Part shown: positions 56,512 to 64,000 of the stretch, in pieces
How positions within the stretch are numbered: the stretch's first letter is position 1
Layout: every line of letters starts with the position of its first letter
Source of the DNA: a virus
Virus record (IMG/VR): IMGVR_UViG_3300007539_000013
Coordinates: 15,742-79,741 of that record
DNA: 64,000 nucleotides
Direction: 5' to 3' (one strand)
Made by a program: the position numbers and the translations under genes
The notes under the pieces: generated by a model
What the model saw: the letters and a program-made list of their open reading frames with translations, nothing else
Told to the model about the DNA's origin: nothing
Databases searched by the model: none

Positions 56512-56523
56512 TTGTGTTACAAA

Positions 56524-56547
56524 TGTAACACGAAATAATAAGTAACG
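56524..56547 (+). promoter_or_regulatory. 24-bp bipartite motif copy
   Basis: TGTAACACGAAATAATAAGTAACG followed by AAAGGAGG and ATG 56560; an extra TGTTACA at 56515. Confidence 0.75.
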
Positions 56548-56559
56548 AAAGGAGGCACT

Positions 56560-56928
56560 ATGCCTGATAATATGGATCCCTATTCGGTGGGGGATATAAA
56601 TACACACATCGATCACATGGTTAAGGACGCTATGCGTCCCGTTGAACCACCAGTACTAAACCCTATTGATCGTTTAGATCTACCTGCATTCATCCGCAAG
56701 GATGAACGGGTAAACATAGCTCAGATCAATGGGGTACTGAACCTGGCACAAAGCCGTAATGAACTGCCCACATTTATTGAGGTGCAGAATATTAACGGGT
56801 CTCATGTCATCCGTGTCGAGTTTGGCACAGATGTACGAATCGTAACCAAAAGTCCAACGGGATACCACATAGAACACCCGGTAGACTTCGAACTAATAGG
56901 AAGGAAAATCAATGACAATAGAATATGA
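56560..56928 (+). CDS. Hypothetical protein
   Basis: Strong SD. Confidence 0.65.
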   Translation: MPDNMDPYSVGDINTHIDHMVKDAMRPVEPPVLNPIDRLDLPAFIRKDERVNIAQINGVLNLAQSRNELPTFIEVQNINGSHVIRVEFGTDVRIVTKSPTGYHIEHPVDFELIGRKINDNRI

Positions 56929-57493
56929 AGACCCAAACAAGGGTAACATCTACACGCTCAATGACCATGGGTCAGGCAATATGACCTGCACTGTAAATAT
57001 GAGCAATCGTAAGGTTGTGCCTTGGCCAACCGAGTATGCCAACCTTGGTAAGCAACTGGAAGAGTTCGTTCCGCATCTTCAATGTATGGCTCTAGCTGAA
57101 GAAATATTCAGGGGTGAGGAAGCCAAGGAGATTGCTCGTACTTATGAGAAGTTGGCTAGTTACTGGACGGAGATGCCTGATGCACCAACGGATGATCCAA
57201 ATGCTGATAAAGTATGGCTCAAGTTCTTTAATACAACTGGGGCAGGCTATTGGTATATGATGACAAAACCCAATAGGGCAACCGGAGATCATGCCTATGG
57301 GTATTGTGTGATCTTTGAAGACTGTGGTGAGTATGGCTCATTTGTCTTCAATGACCCACGCTACCCCAAGGATGACATCATGCAAGTATGCCCGATGCTT
57401 AATGTGGATACATGGTTTGAGCCTGTGTTGTACACAGATTTCAAGGCGCAGTTACTCATGGATAAGATCCCAGAGGACAATGAACTGGGCTAA
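56912..57493 (+). CDS. DUF2958-like protein
   Basis: LKFF..G..YWYM...AYG...GEYGSF...VDTWFEP. Confidence 0.6.
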   Translation: MTIEYEDPNKGNIYTLNDHGSGNMTCTVNMSNRKVVPWPTEYANLGKQLEEFVPHLQCMALAEEIFRGEEAKEIARTYEKLASYWTEMPDAPTDDPNADKVWLKFFNTTGAGYWYMMTKPNRATGDHAYGYCVIFEDCGEYGSFVFNDPRYPKDDIMQVCPMLNVDTWFEPVLYTDFKAQLLMDKIPEDNELG

Positions 57494-58187
57494 ATGGAGG
57501 CTTGAGTCACCAGATAAAATCATAGGAAGTAAGGCGCAAGCCACATATCGGGGAGTAGCACAACAGCTCTCCGAAATGAAAGACCTCGTAGGCACAGAGT
57601 CTACGGGGTCTTTTGCTTTCAGTGGTGATCCTGGTGTGGGTAAAACATCTATTGCCATGATGCTTGCCAATGGTTGGGTGGATGATCCGTTCAATCTAAG
57701 GCACGGCCCTGAGTTCTCGGGGCGCAGTATCAAGGAGGCAACCCTGTCTACCTTAATTGACGAGTGTAGGTATGCACCACTCATAGGTAAATGCCGTGCC
57801 CTTGTCATCAATGAGGTGGACAAGATGCAACGCCACTTACAGGAGATGCTACTCGATTGGATCGAGGACTATCTGCCTGATCACTTTGTGGTCTTCGTGA
57901 CTACGAACAAGAACCTAGAGGCAAAGGTGGTGGTGGACAAGCTAAGTAAGTCAGAGCGAGAGGAGTACCTTGAGCCTAGATTTGCTGAGCGGTTCATGCC
58001 CTACCACATAACCAACCCTACCAATGAGGAGATGGCTAGTTCCATTGAATCGTTGACGGGTGTACCGACCCAAATTGCGCAACATGCCGCGCGCAATGCA
58101 CAAGGTTCGGTGCGGTCTGCACTGAAGCAGGTCGCAAAATGGAAAGCGGCAGTAAACTCAAAGAAGGAGGCTAAGTTATGCCAATAA
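57480..58187 (+). CDS. AAA+ ATPase of the clamp-loader clade
   Basis: KWR..SPDKIIG, GDPGVGKTS, VINEVDKM, VTTN, RFAERF, GSVRSAL; likely ATG at 57480. Confidence 0.85.
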   Translation: MNWAKWRLESPDKIIGSKAQATYRGVAQQLSEMKDLVGTESTGSFAFSGDPGVGKTSIAMMLANGWVDDPFNLRHGPEFSGRSIKEATLSTLIDECRYAPLIGKCRALVINEVDKMQRHLQEMLLDWIEDYLPDHFVVFVTTNKNLEAKVVVDKLSKSEREEYLEPRFAERFMPYHITNPTNEEMASSIESLTGVPTQIAQHAARNAQGSVRSALKQVAKWKAAVNSKKEAKLCQ

Positions 58188-58864
58188 ATACTAAACAGGA
58201 GTTCATGGAATGGTACTCCAAAAATGTTAAACCAGATACATCAAAGAAGAATGCCTTCAAGGGTATGGTCACCACCGTATCCCCTGAATCAGCAGCAAAC
58301 TTTGCTACATTCTTCACTAATGATAAAATTGTGCCGGACATCAAAGGTGAGACGAAGGATGAAACGAGGTTCCGTCTCATCAATGAGTGGAAGGATAAGC
58401 TCGATCTCATGGATCACTCAGCACCTGTGGCTACCGAGGAAGTTCGTGGTGACATTACTGACATCGCTGACATGCCTGAGACGGAGGTAGTGGACGACAT
58501 ACCAGTCAAACCTAAGGTTGTGGATGTGGAGCTATCCGCTGAGCGTGAAGCCGAGGACATTGCATCTGCTGTGGAGAACAGGCAAGAGCAAGCGTCTGAT
58601 CCAGCAGACTACCTTGGGCCTCATGCTCAATCAGAGCCTCAACTATCACCACCGCCCGCCACCACATCTGATGTGCTTACTCAGCTGGGAACTGCATTGA
58701 GTGCCTTCATTGCTTCAACGGACTCCCCGCCAGAGGACACGGCAGATGGAGCTAGTAAGGATGCAATCCTTAAGCTTGGTAAGATCGTTGCAGAACAAGG
58801 CAAGACCATTGAGAAGCTCGAAAAGAAAGTGAAGAGCTTATTCAACGCATTGAGGGATGAGTAA
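58178..58864 (+). CDS. Hypothetical protein with acidic linker and C-terminal coiled coil
   Basis: AAGGAGG SD; TAATG-coupled to PRTRC protein E. Confidence 0.65.
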   Translation: MPINTKQEFMEWYSKNVKPDTSKKNAFKGMVTTVSPESAANFATFFTNDKIVPDIKGETKDETRFRLINEWKDKLDLMDHSAPVATEEVRGDITDIADMPETEVVDDIPVKPKVVDVELSAEREAEDIASAVENRQEQASDPADYLGPHAQSEPQLSPPPATTSDVLTQLGTALSAFIASTDSPPEDTADGASKDAILKLGKIVAEQGKTIEKLEKKVKSLFNALRDE

Positions 58865-59367
58865 TGAGCGTCACTAAACAGATTGGTGAACTCTGTGGTG
58901 CAGGGTTCACTGTAAATGTGGTGTACTCACCATCTCAGGAGGAGGGTAAGATCAATGCTACCTTTCTCCTGTCTGGTGACAAGCACCTGGAAAGCGAACA
59001 CGATGAGGTTGTAAAGCTTCTCAAGAAGCCTATACAGATTCCACCATCAACCCCAGAGGAGCTTGAGCAAGTTGTGCTTGCTGAGCTAGAGCCTGTGGTT
59101 GAGGAGCGTGTGCCTATCTCAAACTCAATCAAGGAGGAGTACGATAAGATACAGGCAACCAAAAAGAAGACACCTGCCAAAAGGACTCCTGCTAAGAAGA
59201 CTACTGCGGTCAAGAAGAAGACAAAGGCACAGGAGGCAAAGGAGCAAGCCCGTGCGAAAGCAGAGCAAGCAACTGCCGACCTGCCCTTGTTTCAGTCTGA
59301 TCGTAGTGCCAAGGCAAAGGAGAAAGACCCAACACCTACTGAGGAGGAGGAGGTAATCGAGCTATGA
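58864..59367 (+). CDS. PRTRC system protein E
   Basis: KPIQIPPSTPEELE (PLxLxGTPxELD-like), K/A-rich tail with LPLF; cassette context. Confidence 0.7.
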   Translation: MSVTKQIGELCGAGFTVNVVYSPSQEEGKINATFLLSGDKHLESEHDEVVKLLKKPIQIPPSTPEELEQVVLAELEPVVEERVPISNSIKEEYDKIQATKKKTPAKRTPAKKTTAVKKKTKAQEAKEQARAKAEQATADLPLFQSDRSAKAKEKDPTPTEEEEVIEL

Positions 59368-59564
59368 GTAAGGTACTTCCAAGAGTGTTCGTACTATCTG
59401 GTAAGGAGCCACTACCTGACCCAGCACCTTCATTATCCGTGGAGGAGGTCAGAGGCTTGCTTGCTAAAACCTATCCGGAACTAACCAATGCGAAATTCAC
59501 AGAAAAAATTGAAGATGAAAAAATCGTCATCAGGTTTGAAGCGAGTTACGGTACCAAAGGCTAA
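59364..59564 (+). CDS. PRTRC system protein C (prokaryotic ubiquitin-like)
   Basis: RVF...LPDPAPSLSVEEVR...YPELTNA...GTKG-stop. Confidence 0.92.
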   Translation: MSKVLPRVFVLSGKEPLPDPAPSLSVEEVRGLLAKTYPELTNAKFTEKIEDEKIVIRFEASYGTKG

Positions 59565-59573
59565 GGAGCTACT

Positions 59574-60467
59574 ATGGTTGAAATATTGCTCGGCCCTGAA
59601 ACACAGGCTCGAAAATGTCAAAGGAGGGAGGCTTCCTTCTCATTTGCTACCTCCTCGGCTCTAGCCCCACCAGCGACATGTCCAACAATTATATTGAATG
59701 GACTTTCGTACATGGCTGTAGCCAAGGAAACGGAGGCTGATGAAGAGCTATCCACTCTGTTCTCAGAATCTGGCTTCAATCTGATTGCTGGCATTATGGA
59801 CGGGGGTTGCTACATAGACTCTCACAGTAAGTTCACCTCTTATGCTATTGGTGCAAGGGTGGATCTACTGGAGCGTAGATGCGGTGCAGGTTGGTACTTG
59901 CTTCAACTACTAGATGACTGCCCCATACCTATATGGGATCCAAGATTCTTGTATGACCATGCCAAGCACATGTTTAACCTTGATTTCCATAAGTGTACAT
60001 CAGAGTGGCTATGGGAAAAACCAACCCAAGATTGGGACAGGAAGTTCCCCGCCTGCAAGAGTAGACTACCCAAAAAGCTACGCAAGCTATGTACTGATGT
60101 GGAGGAAGCTAGTGCAGACCCAAGGATGCACGAGCTATGGCTAGGTGCCAACTCGGAGTACCCGGACAATGAATGTGCCCAAATCCCTGCGATCGTGCTG
60201 TCGTGGTGGGATAATGTTCATTGGTATAATGGTCAGTGCAGAAAGAACCCATCGTTCACAATAGAGCATGGGACTAACCCTGTGTTCGCAATAATGGACT
60301 CATATGCAGAAAGCACACTGCAGACAGGAGCAACTCACATGGGATCACCAATCTACCATGACCTTGATGATGTAAGGACAATCGTAGAGCTGGCGAAACC
60401 ATACGCAAAATTAATTGATTACTTATCGCACGATGAAGAAGAATGTGGATTCAACTGTATCTTTTGA
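59574..60467 (+). CDS. Probable PRTRC system protein F
   Basis: Position between C and B; LERRCGAGWYLLQLL...IWDP segment. Confidence 0.5.
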   Translation: MVEILLGPETQARKCQRREASFSFATSSALAPPATCPTIILNGLSYMAVAKETEADEELSTLFSESGFNLIAGIMDGGCYIDSHSKFTSYAIGARVDLLERRCGAGWYLLQLLDDCPIPIWDPRFLYDHAKHMFNLDFHKCTSEWLWEKPTQDWDRKFPACKSRLPKKLRKLCTDVEEASADPRMHELWLGANSEYPDNECAQIPAIVLSWWDNVHWYNGQCRKNPSFTIEHGTNPVFAIMDSYAESTLQTGATHMGSPIYHDLDDVRTIVELAKPYAKLIDYLSHDEEECGFNCIF

Positions 60468-61017
60468 GGGCAGTGTAACAAGTGCTTTGATGTTCTTTAA
60501 GGTAGGCAGTCAAGATGTCGCCTTGATGATGAAGTGGTGTGATGAGCAAGGGTGGCACTCACCTAAGCCTATCGACCATGATGAGATGGTGGCTATTGCT
60601 AACTCAACATCAAAGAACACTGAGTTCCTTCCCGACCGCATGCTGACATACAACAGCGAGATAAATTTCTCCTGGTGGGTGCCCGCAAAGCGAAGGAAGA
60701 TCAATGTAAAGAAATCAACGCGTAAAGAATTCTACTATCCAGCCATGGTCTTTCATGTGCTGTGCGGAATGCTTTATGTTGGTTGTCTTAAAAACAATAG
60801 AAGACCAACCCCTGAAACCGAGACATACAGTATATTCGGCAAAATGGATGTTCACCAAACAAGAGCAGCCTTCTGTCAAACTCGTAAACCTGAAGGAGTG
60901 GGGGTAAGCACGATCCCTCAATGGGAGGATGCCTTCTATAAATCAACCTATAACAAGCTACCTAACCTAAAGGAGTGGAAGCCAAATGGAACTGTGGGGT
61001 CGATATGCACAAAGTAA
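60433..61017 (+). CDS. PRTRC system protein B (prokaryotic E2 family D)
   Basis: WWVPAKRR, YPAMVF, RPTPET, FC, WEDAFYKS. Confidence 0.85.
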   Translation: MKKNVDSTVSFEGSVTSALMFFKVGSQDVALMMKWCDEQGWHSPKPIDHDEMVAIANSTSKNTEFLPDRMLTYNSEINFSWWVPAKRRKINVKKSTRKEFYYPAMVFHVLCGMLYVGCLKNNRRPTPETETYSIFGKMDVHQTRAAFCQTRKPEGVGVSTIPQWEDAFYKSTYNKLPNLKEWKPNGTVGSICTK

Positions 61018-61694
61018 ATAGATTCCCTAGCTCTGTTCATATCTCAGTCATAGGCTGTGGAGGTACGGGTTCCCATGTGGTCAATCAGTTGGTCGATGTG
61101 CATACTGCTATCACAACACTTGGTCATCCTGGTCTAACAGTCCAGGCATACGATGGCGATGCTGTCGCTTTTAGTAATGTTGGTAGGCAAGCATTCTACC
61201 AACAGGATGTAGGTAGGCCAAAGGCTCAAGTGCTAATTGAAAGGATCAATATGTACTACGGGTTGAATTGGCGCGCCCACAACCACCTAGCTAACGGTGT
61301 TGGAGTTAGTGCTGATATTCTTATATCATGCGTTGACACCAAAGCGTCAAGACGCCTCATCAAAGGAGCCCCTAAGACCAAAAAGACATACATCATTGAG
61401 TGTGGTAATGCCCGAGCTTCGGGGCAGGTAATACTAGGTCAGGAAAAGGGTGACCTACCAAACCCATATCGTGAACACCCTGGTCTCACGAAGGGTAAGG
61501 AACCGAAGGGCGAGGGATGCCTCGACCCATATTATAAACAAGACTTGGCGGTCAACAGGGTGGTCGCTACATACGTACAACAAATCGTTTGGGACTTATT
61601 GCGTAAGCATGAGATCGGATACCGAGGGGTATTCTTCGATCTCACAAAGTTTACAAGCAATGGTATCCAAGTAAATAGAAAGGAGGGTGCATGA
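61005..61694 (+). CDS. PRTRC ThiF-family E1-like enzyme
   Basis: VIGCGGTGS, DGD.V..SNVGRQ.F...DVG..KA, SCVD...R, ECGN...GQVILG, EGC...QDLAVN; alternative GTG start at 60975. Confidence 0.93.
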   Translation: MHKVNRFPSSVHISVIGCGGTGSHVVNQLVDVHTAITTLGHPGLTVQAYDGDAVAFSNVGRQAFYQQDVGRPKAQVLIERINMYYGLNWRAHNHLANGVGVSADILISCVDTKASRRLIKGAPKTKKTYIIECGNARASGQVILGQEKGDLPNPYREHPGLTKGKEPKGEGCLDPYYKQDLAVNRVVATYVQQIVWDLLRKHEIGYRGVFFDLTKFTSNGIQVNRKEGA

Positions 61695-64000
61695 TCAATA
61701 TACATGACATGTACATAAAGAACGACGGATCCATCGGTATTGATACCGAGTTCGCACCATTTGATGACACAGGTCATCGAGGATGGAAGGAGCTGAAGGA
61801 TCTAATCAAGGAGCATGACCTTAGCGTTAAAGTGCCAAGAGGCTCAGTTATTGAGTGTCTTGAGTCTATTGCGGGTAAGACTCCACTAGAGCTAACCATA
61901 ACAATGGAGGACAGGGACAAGCTAGTTGCTTTGTACTCACATCCTAAAGTAACAAAGGATCAAGAATGTGCGGAGGTTATCCTCAAGGCGTTGCAAGACT
62001 CCGAGAAGATTGCTCCCCCTATCCTACCGCCAACCGACTACTCGCTCATTGCTTATGTGGATGAGTTTGGGTCACTAAAGTGTAAGGAGACCAAGAGGTA
62101 TGCCCTATCCAGCGGAGGCACTGTTCGTCCTTTTGTTATTGCAGAGGGTAAAGAGTACTCAGTTGAGTTACGTGCCAATGGTTACTCGGATGCGTTCACT
62201 AGACCAAAGGTTCATTATAGTTCACTAAAGAAAGAAATGACCAAGGTGATGCACGACATCACGCTTGAGGGTACAGATACTAACCTAGTACTCAATATAA
62301 CAACCGACTGGAAGCCTGACACTAAATTCATTGATGGTGAGTTAGTTCGTCACGACTACTCGTGGTACAGGTGCAAGTCAGAGCATCAGTCTGGAGAGCA
62401 GTTCGATGGTGATAAGTTTGAGCGTACTTGGAACAACTCAGTTGAGATTATCTTCCGGCAGTATGTTAATGTCGACAAACCAAGGGGCGCTCCTGAGGTT
62501 GATGAGAACTTACTATGGGAGATATTTGAGAAGCCCGCAGTAAATAACATTACGCAGAAGTATCCAGAAAAGTATCAAGGTAACCTTGAGACCTTGGAGT
62601 TCATGCAAGAGTTCACCGATGATGTTAGGTGGTACCCTGTTCAGCGTGAGTTCATTGCTTCTATGGCTTGTGCAGATACAGGACTTATTGCAGCGGAGAC
62701 GGGAGCAGGTAAGTCGGGTATGGCTATTGGTCTTATTAACTGTAAGGCACCTGGTCGTACATTGCTTATTGCTCCCAAGGGCACCGTTGACGATGGCGGG
62801 TCACTTGACCTCGCTCAATGGCAACGAGAGTTCAATAAGTTCTCGCCCGATACTCCTGTGTACACAATGTCATCAGAGGAGGACTTCCGTCAGCTGGCAG
62901 ATGCAAACGGAGGTGAACTGCCCTTTGGTGTATTCATCTCATGGGACTATGTGATGTTCAAGAAGGATGCCCTAGAGGTTGAACCCGATGCGTGGACAAA
63001 AAGCACAATGGAAGCTAAGATGCGTAAGCGTTGCGGACTGCCGAAGTGGGAAATCGGGGATCAGTATTACTCTCAGAACATTGGTCAAATATCTGACGGC
63101 AAAGTAATCACCGAGTTCAAACCTGAGATCACCCATGACGAGGATGGTAATGTAAAGGTAAAGAAACAAGGTAACCTTGTGCGCCCGAAGGGTGGCTTCA
63201 AGTGTATCGCTATGCCATGCCTCGCAACCAAGCTAGGTAACATATGGGATATGATCGTTATAGACGAGGCGCATCTCATCAAGAACCCTAACTCGCAGAT
63301 CACGCAGGCAGTAACCATGATGCAGGCACCTTATCGGTTCTGCCTTACTGCTACTCCGATCCATAATTATGCCTACGACATATTCACCCTAGCTGGTTGG
63401 TTATGTGTAGACGATTGGTGGAGAGGCAATAGATCAAACCCTCGCTGGCCATACACGAGACAACAAATGGGTAAGTTCAGGGATCGCTTCCTATCTAAGG
63501 AGGTTGACCATACACAGCGTGAGATCAACAGGACTAGCAAGAATCAAATCAGTACGACTAAGGAGTCGCCTATACTGTCTGAGCCCCAATCCTTACTCAA
63601 GCAGACTGGTACTTTCCTTGGTTTTGTAACCAAGAGGCAGTGCAATCCAGATATGGTTAAGTGTATCATTCATGATGTACGAGTGGAGATGTCGCTTGAG
63701 CAACATACGATGTACAAGCATTGGCTGAACTTCGACAATATTGATGCCGCAGGCACGCAAATGGTCATGAAGCAGATGCAGTACTTGCGAGGTGTATGCT
63801 CATCACCTGACGAGGGTAAGCACGCTACCGAGTACGAGGCAACCGGTATGCTCATGCCTAGTCCATTCAATCACAAAATTATCGCTGTTATTGAGACTAC
63901 AATATCGTGCCTGTCCAGAGGGGAGCAAGTTACAATCGTGTACTACTCGAAAGGTCAAGGTCGAGTCCTTAGCGAACTGCTATCATCAGCAAGCATTAAG
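61691..64000 (+). CDS. SNF2-family helicase, 3' end outside window
   Basis: Absent from the ORF track (runs off the edge). AAGGAGG SD and ATGA overlap with the E1 gene; motif I LIAAETGAGKS, motif II VIDEAHLIKN, motif III LTATPIHN. Confidence 0.9.
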   Translation, partial: MINIHDMYIKNDGSIGIDTEFAPFDDTGHRGWKELKDLIKEHDLSVKVPRGSVIECLESIAGKTPLELTITMEDRDKLVALYSHPKVTKDQECAEVILKALQDSEKIAPPILPPTDYSLIAYVDEFGSLKCKETKRYALSSGGTVRPFVIAEGKEYSVELRANGYSDAFTRPKVHYSSLKKEMTKVMHDITLEGTDTNLVLNITTDWKPDTKFIDGELVRHDYSWYRCKSEHQSGEQFDGDKFERTWNNSVEIIFRQYVNVDKPRGAPEVDENLLWEIFEKPAVNNITQKYPEKYQGNLETLEFMQEFTDDVRWYPVQREFIASMACADTGLIAAETGAGKSGMAIGLINCKAPGRTLLIAPKGTVDDGGSLDLAQWQREFNKFSPDTPVYTMSSEEDFRQLADANGGELPFGVFISWDYVMFKKDALEVEPDAWTKSTMEAKMRKRCGLPKWEIGDQYYSQNIGQISDGKVITEFKPEITHDEDGNVKVKKQGNLVRPKGGFKCIAMPCLATKLGNIWDMIVIDEAHLIKNPNSQITQAVTMMQAPYRFCLTATPIHNYAYDIFTLAGWLCVDDWWRGNRSNPRWPYTRQQMGKFRDRFLSKEVDHTQREINRTSKNQISTTKESPILSEPQSLLKQTGTFLGFVTKRQCNPDMVKCIIHDVRVEMSLEQHTMYKHWLNFDNIDAAGTQMVMKQMQYLRGVCSSPDEGKHATEYEATGMLMPSPFNHKIIAVIETTISCLSRGEQVTIVYYSKGQGRVLSELLSSASIK

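Larger units (their letters stand above)
1..64000. mobile_element. Tailed dsDNA temperate phage genome segment (podovirus-like gene order), non-integrated form
   Basis: Terminase, portal, capsid and tail genes, integrase with attP, and DnaB/SSB. No host housekeeping genes; no tape measure or sheath recognised. Confidence 0.95.

Noticed and set aside
10570-56547. CRISPR array
   Set aside because: The recurring 24-mers are dispersed and degenerate; no regular repeat-spacer array or cas operon is seen. The Cas4-like gene is a phage exonuclease.
1-64000. Specific host assignment
   Set aside because: Gene content suggests an aquatic host, but nothing seen fixes the taxon without searching the attP core.

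Overview
The whole window is dsDNA tailed-phage sequence, most likely a temperate podovirus-type phage in its free (excised) configuration; both ends cut through genes. 1-37.6 kb (minus strand) is the morphogenesis block: terminase, portal, scaffold, a probable 640-aa major capsid protein, adaptor and nozzle, about a dozen tail-fibre/adhesin genes, a GNAT and large internal virion proteins. 37.7-39.4 kb holds a tyrosine integrase and an intact attP made of the 3' half of tRNA-Arg(ACG) flanked by paired arm-type repeats. 39.5-47.2 kb (plus strand) is recombination/replication: ParB-like protein, SSAP, exonuclease, RusA split over two frames, DnaB, SSB, HNH and a 2OG-Fe(II) oxygenase. 47-51.3 kb (minus strand) holds small basic, membrane, Gly-rich and cupin genes. 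51.6-64 kb (plus strand) looks like an early region. The main observations are: (1) a phage-encoded PRTRC-type ubiquitin-like conjugation cassette (protein E, Ubl ending in GTKG, protein F-like, E2-like, E1/ThiF) with no JAB peptidase seen, translationally coupled to an SNF2 helicase; (2) a ~1.3 kb, gene-free, densely base-paired segment (52.6-53.97 kb) with long-range helices, a possible pseudoknot and a terminator, i.e. a candidate large ncRNA; (3) a 24-bp bipartite TGTWACA motif recurring 11 times at gene boundaries, plus one wider-spaced variant. All family calls come from visual motif recognition; no searches or folding programs were run.
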